Assembly (NCBI RefSeq): GCF_000143415.4
Contig: NW_003314374.1
Location: 88,981 to 136,473, forward strand
Reading direction: 5' to 3'
Length of the DNA stretch: 47,493 nucleotides
Origin: Selaginella moellendorffii
Taxonomy: Eukaryota > Plantae > Lycopodiophyta
In this document: in pieces, positions 22,108-34,088 of the stretch
Position numbering within the stretch: the stretch's first letter is position 1
How the letters are laid out: each line of letters opens with the position of its first letter
Position numbers and translations under genes: made by a program
Notes under the pieces: model-generated
Databases searched by the model: none
What the model saw: the letters and a program-made list of their open reading frames with translations, nothing else
Told to the model about the DNA's origin: nothing

Positions 22108-24749
22108 ATGGGAGGGGGTGACACTTGCAGCAGCGACGATGATGAAGAGGAGCAACGACACGAGCCGCCGCTCAAGCGCATGAAGCTCTCCTCGCCTCAC
22201 CAAGATTCTCGACGCCAGCACCATAATCTCTTGGCGCCATTTCCACTGCTGTCGCCCAGGCAATCCTCGTCGCTCTACCGCTCGCCAAAGCCCCACGAAT
22301 CGCTCGGCATGGGTCCGCCGATTGAGAGCCAGATGATGGGGAGCAAGAAGCAAATCCGCCGCGTGGAGTTTGTCCGGATCATCACGCAAGCCTTGTACTC
22401 GCTGGGCTACTCTCGCGCTGCGGCATTGGTGGAGGAGGAATCCGGGGTCCCCTTGCAGCTGCCGGTGGTGTCCGACTTTCGCCGCGAGGTTTTGGACGGG
22501 AGGTGGGAGGAGAGCGTCGCCACTCTCGCCAAAATTGGTCCTTTACTGGACGAGACGCACAAGCTGGCGGCGTTCCTTATCCTCCAGCAAAAGTTCCTGG
22601 AGCTTCTTGTGGATCGCGGCGACGTTCTTGGCGCCCTGCGAACTTTGCGGACGGAGATCTCGCCGCTGGGCGTGAACAGGCAACGCGTCCATGAGCTGGC
22701 GAGCTGTGTCGTTTGTCCCACCCGAGGGGATATCTTGGAGAAAGTGGAGTGGAAGGGAAGCGACACCGAGGCCAGGATGGCGCTGCTGGAAAAAATACAA
22801 GCTTTGCTGCCGCCACACATTATGATCCCGGAGAGGCGGCTAGAACACCTTGTGGAGCAGGCGCTGGCGGTGCAGCGCGAGGGATGTATTTTCCACAACT
22901 CCGCTGAGACGGCACTGTCGCTCTATACCGACCACCAATGCGGACGTGACCAGATCCCGACTGAAACGGTCCAGGTACTTCATACTTCGTGCTTGTAGCT
23001 AGTTGTGGCTGGGTTTTGGTGAATGTAGGTTGCAGCAGTGTGTTTGTCTGTGTGTTTTGCCTCTTTGGTGAACTGTTCTTGGCTCTGTGTGTGCGTTTTT
23101 TCGACAATGTTATTTTAATTCTGATCTTTCTATACATAGTCCATTCTGGATTGATTCGTGTGTCCTGGGCTTCCATGTTTCAGGTACTAGAGGCTCACGA
23201 CAATGAAGTATGGTACTTACAATTCTCGCGTGATGGCAGACACTTGGCGTCCGCATCTAAGGATTGTACAGCTATAATATGGGAGGTCAGTGCTCATGGA
23301 TCTAGTTGCTTTCGCTTGGATGCTCTGGAGTCAGTTCTAGATCTTTTCTTTTCGTTCTTTTCCGCATTTGCTGTCTGAATTCGCTACCTATTTCAGTTTT
23401 GAATTGGTTTTTCTGCTCCTGCTCTAGTTCTCGTGTCTCGGTCATACAGTTGTTTTCTCTTCTTATGGTGCCTCCATGTACAGGTTGTAGATGATGATTT
23501 TGTAAGGCGGAAGCATACACTTGCCGGACATCACAAATCGGTATCGTTCGTAGCGTGGAGTCCAGACGACTCTATGATCTTGACGTGTGGAACTGAGGAG
23601 GCAGTGAAGCTGTGGGATACAGCAACAGGGGAATGCAAGCACACGTTTCAGAAGGCGAGCCACGGTTTTACGTCGTGTGCTTGGTTTCCGGACGGGAAAA
23701 CCTTCGTCACCGGGGCCGTTGATAAGTGCATGTACAGGTGGGACTTGAGTGGTGCCGAGCTAGAAGTGTGGAAACCCAGGATGCCCAGGATCATCGACTT
23801 GGCCGTGACGCCTGACGGCAACAACGTGGTGTGCATCTGCCACGACAAAGACATTCGAGTTTTCAACTTGGAGGACAAGACCGAGAGACTGATCGAGGAG
23901 GATCACTCCATCACCTCGTTATCAGTCTCGCTCGACGGCCGCTACCTCCTCGTCAACTTGGTGAGCCAGGAGATCCACTTATGGGACATGGCCTTGAACT
24001 CCAGGTCGCCGTGCAAGTACAAGGGCCATAGGCAGGGGCGCTACGTGATAAGGTCGTGCTTTGGTGGATCCGATCACGCATTTATTGTTAGTGGGAGTGA
24101 AGATTCTCAGGTAAATCTTTCTTCCTTTCCTAGTTCTTCGTTCTCTTAGTTCCGTCCTAGTTCTAGTGTGTTCACTTGCTTGCTCTTGTTTTCCATTCTT
24201 CGATCTTAGCTTCTTCACGGAGAGTTCTTAGTTCTTGAGTTCTCACTTTGCTGCCTCCACAAGTTTCTGTGAGTTTCCTTTGTTTGTTCTTGCGTTGCTT
24301 CGAGCTTAGTTTTGATGTTACCTTAGCTTCTTCTCGTACTGTCCTCGACTACTTTTTTAGTTCTTGAGTTCTCACTTTGCCTCCAAGTTTGTCCTTTGCT
24401 TGTTCTTGCTTTGCTTCGGGTTTAGTTTTGATGCTCTTGAACGGGTTTTAACTCTTGTTTCCTTTCTTGTCAGGTGTACATATGGCATAGGGGCAATGGG
24501 GAATTGCTAGAGGTGCTACCAGGCCATTCCGGCACTGTGAATTGCGTGAGCTGGAATCCCAGCAATCCTCACATGTTTGCATCGGCTAGCGACGATCACA
24601 CCATCCGGATTTGGGGCCTGAGCTCCACTAAGCGCGACCGCCACCGCCGATCGTCCGCAGCAGCGCCCACTCCAAAGAGCAACGGTGGAATTAGCCACAT
24701 TGTCAATGGCGGAACCCGAGAGCTTCTCGAGAACCTCAGACCTTTCTAA
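22108..24749 (+). CDS. WDR26-like LisH/CTLH + WD40 protein (GID/CTLH E3 ligase complex subunit), 4 exons
   Basis: Exons 22108-22974, 23184-23285, 23484-24110 and 24474-24749. [15 protein letters not shown] (LisH), [12 protein letters not shown] (CTLH), [29 protein letters not shown] repeats, [30 protein letters not shown]. Confidence 0.93.
24205..24435. repeat. Imperfect tandem duplication (about 115 bp x2) in intron 3 of the WD40 gene
   Basis: CTTAGCTTCTTC...TTAGTTCTTGAGTTCTCACTTTGC...TTAGTTTTGATG occurs twice in succession. Confidence 0.8.
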
Positions 24750-25026
24750 AAAGAATTCCAAATTCTCTCTAGTACACCCTTCCTTCTTCCTCCACTTTTT
24801 TCTAGGGCTCTTCCACGAACAATAATGGCCACTCGTTACTGATTCCTACAAATCTATTGGAGAATTCCCATTGGCCCACGTCATTCGTATTCTTGTGGCC
24901 TGTGATGAAGCAGTACATCTGCGTGGCCACTTTCCATATCGGGCTTTTAGCCAATCCGCCTGTTTTAGAAAGTCAGCATATTCGTTTTGCGCATTCATTT
25001 TGCCGGGAATATGCCCTGGCACAGGA

Positions 25027-26239
25027 ATGGCGATGGCGAGAAGAATGGGCGCTTCCCTTGCGCGGCGCGGCGTCGCCGGCGGCCGGGTTTTGCTCGCGAG
25101 GAGGAGCTCTTCCGGATGCGCCTTGGCTGCCGCTAGCGATTTCGATGAGTATCGGCGGTCGATCAACGGCGGGATCAGCCACAAGGCGCTTCTTGTGGAT
25201 GCGGCGGGCACGCTCTTGATCCCGGCACAGCCGGCTGCTCAGGTATGGCCGCGGCGCCTCCTTCCCTCCTCTTCTTGATCCTTCCTGGCGAATATTTCAA
25301 CCCTTTCCTCGAAGATTTCGTCTCGCATTTTGATCTGATCGAGTTTCGTGCCAAGGTCTACCGCGAGATCGGGAAGAAATATGGCGTGACGTACACGGAG
25401 CAAGAAATTCTGGCCCGGTATCGATGGGCATACTCGCAGCCGTGGTACCAGTCGCGATTGAGGTGACTCTTCTTCCCTTTCTTCTCTTTGTCTAGAAGAT
25501 TGATCGAAGCTCTCAAACAAATGTTTCGATCTAGATATGTCCAAGACGCGCGGCCTTTCTGGGAGTACATCGTACAGCACGCCTCTGGGTGTTCGAGCAA
25601 AGAATATTTCGAGGAGCTGTATCATTACTACGAAACACCTGAGGTATGATCACGCACAGTGTTTTCTCCTTTCGAGAAAGCTTTGTTTAATCTATCCTCT
25701 TCCTTTTGATGATGCGTGACAGGCCTGGTATGTCTCCGACCCAGATGCTGGTATGGTCTTTCAAGCTCTCAAAGACGCGGGTGTCAAGATCGCCGTCGTC
25801 TCAAACTTTGATACCAGGCTGAGGCCGCTGATGAACTCGCTGGGATGTGATCACTGGTTTGATGCCATGGCGATATCCGCGGAGGTGTGTTGTTTTCTTG
25901 TCTCTTCATCTGACTTGGTTTTTTTTGTTTTGTTTTTTTCTTTTTCTTTCTAGGTGGAAGCCGAGAAGCCAAACCCGACAATTTTCTTGCATGCGTGTGA
26001 ATTGGTGGGAGTCAAACCGGAAGACGCTGTGCACGTTGGAGATGACCGACGCAACGATATCTGGGGTGCCAGGGATGCAGGCTGCGACGCTTGGCTCTGG
26101 GGTGGAGATGTTCAATCGTTTCGTGATGTAAGCTTTCTTGTCTCTTTTTTTCCTCGTATTATCTAGCTTCACACTTACAAAATCATAACAGGTTGCAACT
26201 AGAATGGGAGTGAATCTCCCCCAGGCGAAGGCGAGGTAA
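25027..26239 (+). CDS. HAD-superfamily hydrolase, HDHD3/REG-2-like, 6 exons, probable organellar presequence
   Basis: Exons 25027-25242, 25356-25462, 25535-25643, 25723-25884, 25954-26127 and 26192-26239. Motifs LLVDAAGTL, VVSNFDTRL, EKPNPTIF and HVGDDRRNDIWGARDAG. Confidence 0.92.
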
Positions 26240-27448
26240 AGTGTAAGGCGAGCTCCAAGTGAAAGAAAAAGTACAGTCGCCTCTTGTATAGTTTCCCGGC
26301 TTTTGATACAGAGTTACGCTGTAAAGCATACTAATGTGTGGACTGCTTGCAGCTGAGAACTGCATTGTAATTTTTCTTCTTATAATGACGCGAGTTTGGA
26401 CTGCCATCTCTATCAGCTCAGCGTAAATCTCGTTTCTTTTCCCAATGTTTCTTTATCGCGGTTTTGCAGCAGGGCAGCGCAAAGCGAACCAAGCTGGCAA
26501 CAGGTCCTAGGGCAAAAGAGCCTGTTGGTACGCACTGCCATCTATTTTCTGAGTTTCAACGTTATACTAAGCTATACTACAGGGAGATGGAAAGGCCAGC
26601 CAGCGAGAAACGCTCAGAGCCCGTCCAGGAAAAAGGCGATTTGCTTTGTCGTCAGTGCCGACTAAAGCAGCATTTGTTTTGTGTGGACTCTTCATCAAAG
26701 TTAAAGGTAGCACAGCAATGAAACCGAGAGCACGACGAGACACAACTACCTTAAAATCGGGTACGACATTCGGGCACCATTGTTTTCTAACACCTTTTCT
26801 AACACCAACTTTGTGTTGCTGGAGCTAAGTTGTCTTAGTCACGCGCAGGGACCCAATGGCAAGAAATTTGATAAACAAGCCGACGCCTCGTCTTCTCCAG
26901 CTCGCTGTATTGTGAAAGCTCCGGCCTTTGTTTGCGAGGTGGCCGACCCATGCGAGCGCCGACGGAGCAATCAGGTGAGACCGATGAATCCCACACATTT
27001 TGATTTCCTCTCAGAGCCATTTTCTTTGCTTTGCAGGTGACTCTTTGTTTCCCGTGCGCAGGGAATGAATATCGATTTCCTGGGATAGCAAAAGCCTCGG
27101 AATGATAGCTGTTGCTTCGTACGCACGAGAGTATGTCTGGCCAGACTTCACGTGTGCGACACAAGGTCCTCTCGTTGTGCTTCTCCCATGATCATGACTC
27201 GTTTTTCTTCTTGTTTTCCAGCTCTTGCGCGTTTGCTTAATGCTCGCTTGGTTGCTTCCACAGTACAAGGAGCGTATGCAAAGATGGCGGTAGACGCATC
27301 CGGAATCGCGACAGAGAATCTGTGCATGGCAAGTGTTTGTTTTCTTTCTTCTCCGGATTGTAATAACACACTTTATCTCCGATGGTATGTACAGAGTTGC
27401 CGCATACGTCACTTGACGACAGTGAAGGAAAGCCTCCCTATGTCCCAG

Positions 27449-27455
27449 TATAAAA
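27449..27455 (+). promoter_or_regulatory. TATA box of the secreted peptide gene
   Basis: TATAAAA about 135 nt upstream of ATG 27586. Confidence 0.6.
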
Positions 27456-27585
27456 GGCCAGGTTTGTTCTGGATTTTATTCATTCGTTCTTTCCTTCTTC
27501 GGAGTGTTCTGTGTGTGTGTGTGTGTTTGTGTGGTCCTCTCACAACACAAGCTCTATCCATCTTCTCCAGACTTGCAGAGTGATC

Positions 27586-28133
27586 ATGAGTGCCAATCTC
27601 GTTCTTCTTATCCTGGCAATGCTGCTTCTCTCGTTCCTGGGAGACACTGCTCGTCTCTTGCCTGCTGCTGAAGGTAGTCTAGTCGGTATTTTGTTTGAAA
27701 ATCCAAGCTCACTCGTGGTGTGTCTCGCTTGCAGGAAACGGGAATGACATTGGAGCATCAGTGGAAGAACCGGGAACGCATGAGCAAGAGGTAGGAGAGC
27801 ACGCGAGAAGAGAGAGAGAGAGAGAGAGTGAGAGAGTGTGTGTTTTGAATTTTTATGAATTCCTAGAGTTTTTATTGACACTTGTGTTATGGATAGATAT
27901 ATTCTCGAAAACTTTGGGTGAGGCTGGATTATTCAGGCCCTGGAACTCATCCAGGAAATCCTCATGAACATCAACTTGAGGAGAATGTGGATTACTATCC
28001 TCCTCGCAACCATAATGACTCACCACCGACCCACAAGCACATCCCTGGCAATGAGGTTCATCCTGAGCGACACTTGGTGGATGCATTAGACTACGTCCCT
28101 GCTCGCACCCACACGCCATCGCCAGTGCACTAA
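27586..28133 (+). CDS. Small secreted peptide precursor (126 aa) with three Asp-Tyr (sulfotyrosine-type, RGF/GLV/PSY-like) motifs, 3 exons
   Basis: Exons 27586-27673, 27735-27790 and 27897-28133 (GT-AG, phases 1 and 0) give MSANLVLLILAMLLLSFLGDTARLLPAAEGNGNDIGASVEEPGTHEQEIYSRKLWVRLDYSGPGTHPGNPHEHQLEENVDYYPPRNHNDSPPTHKHIPGNEVHPERHLVDALDYVPARTHTPSPVH. It has a hydrophobic signal peptide, an acidic prodomain and an RKL motif. Confidence 0.8.
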
Positions 28134-29766
28134 ACAAGCAGAGCTCTTGCTCTACAAACAGGACCACGTCCTTTGAATCCACATAAAAATGCTGAGAAAA
28201 AAAAGAGAGGTAAATCCGAGTGTGAGCTTCGTCTCCTCCCACGATCGTCTCGCATTCGGTGTAAATCAGCTAGAGAAGAAGATCAGGTAGGAGAGTTACA
28301 AGTAACACAGCGTGAGCAATAAACTTTGGTTTTGGATTAAATTGAGTGAGATTTGATTGTTTTTGTCAGTATCATGTCTTGGGTGATTTTATTCTGATGC
28401 AGCGCGCGCTTTGAAACATCACGCTCGAGCAAACAGCTGTAACTTACAAACCGCATCCCAAATCTGTACCCACAGATTGAGTTTCTGTTGATCTGATTGG
28501 AATAAGCCTGGCATGCTATAAGTTGGGAAGAGAGAAACTCCAAAACAAAAGATATATGCAGAGTTCTTGCTCCGGACGGATTCTAGCTTCCATTTCCCTT
28601 CCAATCATCCAAAGTGTTGTTTTTTTCTCTTGAAACCATACCACCAAATCTGCAAGATCTCCTTCCAAATGCCCATGAAAAAAATATTGGGCTTTCTCTT
28701 GCGTTACTACGACTTCCTCCACCTTTTGTATTTTCCCGTGTCAGGCAATAGCGAAGATTTGGTTGTACTTATCCTCGTTACAACACGAGGAACCCATGAT
28801 TGACAGCAACTTGCAAACTCATTGGCACACTCAGCTCATCCGCGGCCAGGCCCCGCTCCTTGTTTGGAATTTCTAAGTTTCTAGTGGAGGGAAGCGTGTG
28901 ATAACGCCATGATTCATCCACAGAGAGCAAAGAAATATATATGGCCATTCTCGCCGAAGTGCTCGGTGGGGGCCTGGCTTTCTCTGGGCATGGACGAGTG
29001 AGTAGTCATCTCCAACATATAGATGGCAAAGAGGTTAGAAGAGAAAAAAGAAGCAAACAGTACCGCAAACAAGCTTTCTCTGCGTTGTTTGTAACAGTAA
29101 GCAATTGACCTTTGCTCTTGAAGCTTTGAAACTGATTTGAAAGAGTCGCGTCTCGTCGCGTCATTCATTCGCTCCACATTGCACCGGTGTCAGCTTTGTT
29201 CTTCTCTCCCTGCACAAAAAATCTGATGATTCAGAGAACAAAGTGGCTTGCTATATTATCACAGCCATCATACCCAGCCGGAAGTGAGCCTCGAATATCA
29301 TCCCCTCCCAATCCTAGTGACATCCATGCTCCAGATTCACCACGCTCCAAAAGCGATAAAGCAGCAAGCCACCACGCGACGCTTCTCCTCCTAATCCTCC
29401 TCCTCCGCCTGCGTGACACCTTCTTAGTCTTAGCATGAAGTTCAAAGCTAAGAAAGAACAAAAGAGTTTCACTTACACTCGTCACTTCGCATGCACCTGA
29501 CCTGTCCATTCTAAATCTTGAAATCTTTTTATATTTACCCCATTGACCACACACACTCCCTGTGCATGAATCTCATAAGCGAGCGAGTCAATGGTATCTA
29601 CACACAGTGAACGCCTCACCTGTAAACAGGAGACCGCCTTGTTGAGAAAACAAAGAAAGAAAATCGCCTAAAAAGAAACGAGGAATGTTGCTCTTACTTT
29701 GACGCCTTTTACCGTAGAAAACGTCGACAAGTCAGATCGCTCATGACGCAGAATAAGCCGCCCCAG

Positions 29767-31546
29767 CTACAGCTGTGCCTCGTCATCGGGCGGCCTTTCA
29801 TCTTTGTAGCTGAACAGGAGGGGGGCTTCCGACTTTGACAAGGCGGTCAGGATTGCGCTAGAGAGAAGACAAGGCACCAAATACAGCAGAGCGGGCTGGG
29901 CTGCACCAGAGACAGAGTTCGCCACTGCACACAAAGAAAGAGCACTTGTTTTGTAGCACAGACCAGGCCAGACCATAAAACTTACCAACCGTGAGAGTCA
30001 GTCCAGCTACGTAAGCAATAACTGAGTTTGAAAAGTATGTCTTTTGTGGTGCTGCCGGGATTGTATTGTTCTGGAGCCCGGCACACCTGGCTTGGTCGAA
30101 CCGGAGCATAAGAGCTATAAGCAACCCTGGAGCAGCGATGTCACCCAGGCCCAGGATCGATTCAGGGTGTGCAACTTCCGCCTGGAATCATCTTTAACAA
30201 GGACAGATTAACGAACCGACTAGTTTTCATACCTTCCAGCTTGGAAACACGAGTTTAACAGGCCCATCAAAAGCTGACGAGGTCGCCACCTGATCCAGAC
30301 TAATTCAAGTTAAAACTCTTTTCTTGCAGAAATCCCGTTTAGAAAACGTACCGTGACCATCACATTGTCACCAAAAATTTGAGAAGAACCAAAAACCCAA
30401 AAAACGTCATAGAGCAGCAGCCCGCAAAGCATCACGGCAGCGGTACTGAAGCTGCGAGGAAACACCCCAGAGGTTCAGGAACACAGATTAAAAAATGTAG
30501 AACTGCTAGTCACCTTCCAACAGAAAGAAGTTGCAAGAGCTCGGTCACAATACATACTGCCATAAGATTGTTGAACGTGAAAGGTGCTCCGGGTTGCTTG
30601 CTGGCGTAAGCGACTCCAATTCCAGCTGCAAGAATTGTTCTAAGAACACAGCCAATAACTCGTGGAAAAAACTCGTGGCCATACCAAGCAATGCAATAAT
30701 GTCGGCCGCAGTGACGGTAAGGCAGACAGGTTTTCCTTTGTCCGAAGCAAGCCAAGATGGCACGTCTAGAAAACAAAAGAATTATCAGCACAAAAAAATG
30801 TAGAAAAAAAAAAAAACAAAATAAAGCACTTACTGATTCGGACTGGAAGTGAATCCAGACGCGGGAAGAGCAACTTGAGAGGATTGGTTAAGTTATTTGC
30901 CACGGCAAAAGCTCCAGCGCAGCTTAGATAGATCGAGATGAACGTACGTAGATCGAGCTCCGGGAAGAACCTCAAGAGGCAGTAAAAACCAAAGAGTGAT
31001 ATGGAGCACAACACAGGCGCGGCGAGGCCTTGCTTGAAAGAAACCTGTTGCGTTTGCTGCCTCGCTAAACTAAGAAGGAAACAATGCAATGGACCCCTTT
31101 AGAATAAAAGAGGATGAAAAGGGAGCAAAGAAATACAGACCTTCGGTGGCTTCCAACGTAGACTGTCCACAGCGACAGGGAAGTAAAATAGATCGCGGCC
31201 GACCACTCGAATCGAGGCAACAATGGCACAACTGGGACAGCAACCAGCAAAGCTCCATAGGCAGCCTACACGCAAACAAGAATGATAATCTCCTTTGAAA
31301 AAAGAACCTACAATCGGAGACACTGCTCAGTCTTACCAGCTCTTTCGTAGTCCTCCCCCATTGCCATCCCCTCAGCTCCAGCACGTCGCCATTGCCATCG
31401 CTAGTCGCCGCGCACACGAATCTCACCCCGCGTCGCTGGAATTGCCGAAGAATGTAACGCCGCTCGCGCTCCAGTCGAGCACCTCCGCTGGCTGCGACAG
31501 GGGAAGACGAGGTCGAGAAGAGCGCCAAGCTCAATGGCAACACCAT
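29767..31546 (-). CDS. Signal peptide peptidase-like intramembrane aspartyl protease (peptidase A22B), 9 exons
   Basis: Exons 31546-31337, 31265-31141, 31069-30834, 30765-30685, 30625-30514, 30451-30352, 30289-30233, 30181-29986 and 29924-29767. Catalytic motifs LLLYDVFWVF and ILGLGDI, plus QPALLYLVP. Confidence 0.93.
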
Positions 31547-34088
31547 AGCTGATACCTAAAATGGTAACACTATCAATTCAAATTTTAAGTTCTGTAAATT
31601 AATAATTTGCTGCTGTTTTCTTTTTTTTTAATGCAATTTTTGGAGTGATATAGTCACATTCTAACTGGTTTGTATTAGTGATGAATAAGAATAAAGAATT
31701 AGAGAAAATTTTAACTATGTTACTAAAAAATTATAAAATTCATAATTAAAATATCTAAAATAAATGAAGAAACATAAAAAGAAATTACCCTCTTTTATGT
31801 TTGAAATATGCAAGAATTTTTTGTTATCATAACAAGTAAATATTTATTTAGAAAAACAGTATCAGAAAAATAACAACCAATAGATTAAGAATATCCTAAA
31901 ATATGTGGATATTCTAAGTACACCATATATATAGCTTAATATAATCTATTAAAAAGAACTTTGGTTTTTATATTAGAAAAAGCATCAACTACAATAATCA
32001 GAAGGGAAAAGCATGGCTTCTAATCCAAGTATTTTAAAAGCAATTTTATTTTTGCACTAACTTCCATTGTTTTCTATAGTTCTATAGTTAATACTCTAAT
32101 TGTGTTTTGTTAATATTGTTATTAGTCCCATATATTTTCAGATTATAATTTAATTTTTGTTAAAATTAAGATTACCATAATTGCAAGCGGTTATTTCACC
32201 TTCATATCAAAGTTTATGTCCATTGAATCTAAACAGTCCAATTAAAATACTTTTTTTGCAGCAAGACAAGCTAGGTATCACTCTAAAACTTGCATGTTAA
32301 TACACACTATTATCTGTTTTATGAGTATCAAGGTTATACTAAGCAATACTATAGCAAGCACAAAGTCTGTGCCAGAAAAGGTAATTGACTTTATCATCAG
32401 TACAAAATATCATTTGTTTTGTTTTGTGTAACTTTGTCCCACCAAAGAGAAAAGCAACTCTCACAGGTTTGGGAGGAGTCTCTTAAGCACAACTCTGGAC
32501 CTGTAACATGGAACAATGGCCTCATGGATTCAGAAAAAGCTTTCGTTCAATTTTCCAAATTGGTTCTCCCATTTTTTATTTGGACAGGCTGCAAGAGAAG
32601 CAAACCAATGTTATTCTCAAGGGAATGCAAGAGCACTTAGAAAGTATGGGGAATGGGATGAGCTACTTGCAAAACACCTTTGTAAAGTGGCTTAGTTTTC
32701 TAATTATCACAAAATATGATTGAAGCCAATTTTTAGTGATTGATTCATATACTTCTTGAGTGTTCTCTAAGATTGAAATAAACTTATTCTCTGGACAATG
32801 ATAAAGAGAACATCATTCAAATAACTTTGTTGGAGTAGTTAGCTTTCTTGCTCTTGCTCTTGGTATAGTAGCAATTAGGAGTTTGTGTGAGTGTTGAGAG
32901 CTTGACATAGAGATATTTGCTACAATAATGCATATTAGAGAGATAGTAGATAACCATCCCAATCAAAGTTCAAGTACTTTAGCATTAGCCATAGAATTCT
33001 CTAGCCACTGAATAACCTTGAAGTTTTCAATTTGATTTTTTAAGGCTGACTAAACAATATAGCTAACTAAATTCTTTCACTTCAATAATAAAGTAATTGC
33101 AACATTCTTACTCTCTAATAGTATATAAAAACTATATAAGTACATATAAAGCTTCTTAAAATCCCAAACCACTCTAGATACTCCTTCTCTATCATAGAAT
33201 AGTTTATCTTAGTTGGTTGCAAAGTATAATTAATATATGCAATAGGATAACATTGGCTAGGGACATCTATACTCTCTTACATCAAAATGCCCCCAAGACC
33301 AATATCACAACCATCCTTAAGCAAGATGAAATGCCTAATGTAGTTGGGGTATGCCAAAACTAGAAGAATTGTTAACATTTACATCAAATTTCCAATTTGC
33401 AATCTTTTATAATGAAATATGGCATTAATGACTTCAAGAATGTTCATAATGGTGTAATGTGATAATAATAATAATTAATAAAATATTTGAAATATTGCAC
33501 CTTACTAAGAAAGTGTTGTATGTCATGCATACACTTTAGTGTAAGGAACTTCAAAATTGTTATAAGTTTATCAATATCAACTTGTAAACCTTCGCAAAAA
33601 GTGTGGTATCCAAAATAACTCATATCCTTAAAAAATATACACTTAAACTATGAAGTGCACTTGAATTTAGAGTTGAATTTCAAGCCTTTTGCACTAAAAG
33701 ATGAAGGTTCAATATGCACTTAAAATCTCCTATAAGCACAAGCTCCCCATATTTAGCTCTTATATACAAAACAGTGTTAAATAAAGTTTATCACAATTTC
33801 AATATTCCAATGGTTTAATGTGAGGAGGTGATTAATTAGAGAAATATGGAACTTAAGCTTAAAGCTAAGTTAAATGCAAAACAAAAAGTGATATAACTCA
33901 ATAAAAGCTAAACTAATGTCTCAAATGGTTGGCCATACTTCCAACTACTATCCCTACTATATATTTAAAACCCTTCATAACCCCTTATTTTGGGCTTTCA
34001 CCCTAGTCCCAAGAGTTAGTCTTTGGGAAAAACTTAAAAACTTGTTAAATATGGAATAGTACTATATCATGAATTAGATGTAGAAATA

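Noticed and set aside
12476-23176. Numerous antisense and alternative-frame ORFs over the PPR, kinesin and WD40 genes
   Set aside because: Expected shadow ORFs of GC-rich coding sequence, with no recognisable motifs.
24750-25026. WD40-HAD as another bicistronic pair
   Set aside because: The 277-nt gap contains CCAAT-type motifs and a GGCCCA site II element, so an independent promoter is plausible.
25186-25215. HAD motif I lacking the second Asp (DAAGT) as a sign of inactivation
   Set aside because: DAxGT-type motif I is usual in the plant HDHD3/REG-2-like subfamily.
29281-29302. miR171-like sequence GTGAGCCTCGAATATCA
   Set aside because: The core differs in length and sequence from miR171 and lies in the hairpin loop without a star arm.
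27586-31546. Functional cluster of secreted peptide plus signal peptide peptidase
   Set aside because: Adjacency alone is weak evidence, and the protease appears to lack secretory-pathway targeting.
32250-32730. Exon-like gene fragment in AT-rich DNA
   Set aside because: Short and broken, with no recognisable motif; it cannot be assigned without a search.
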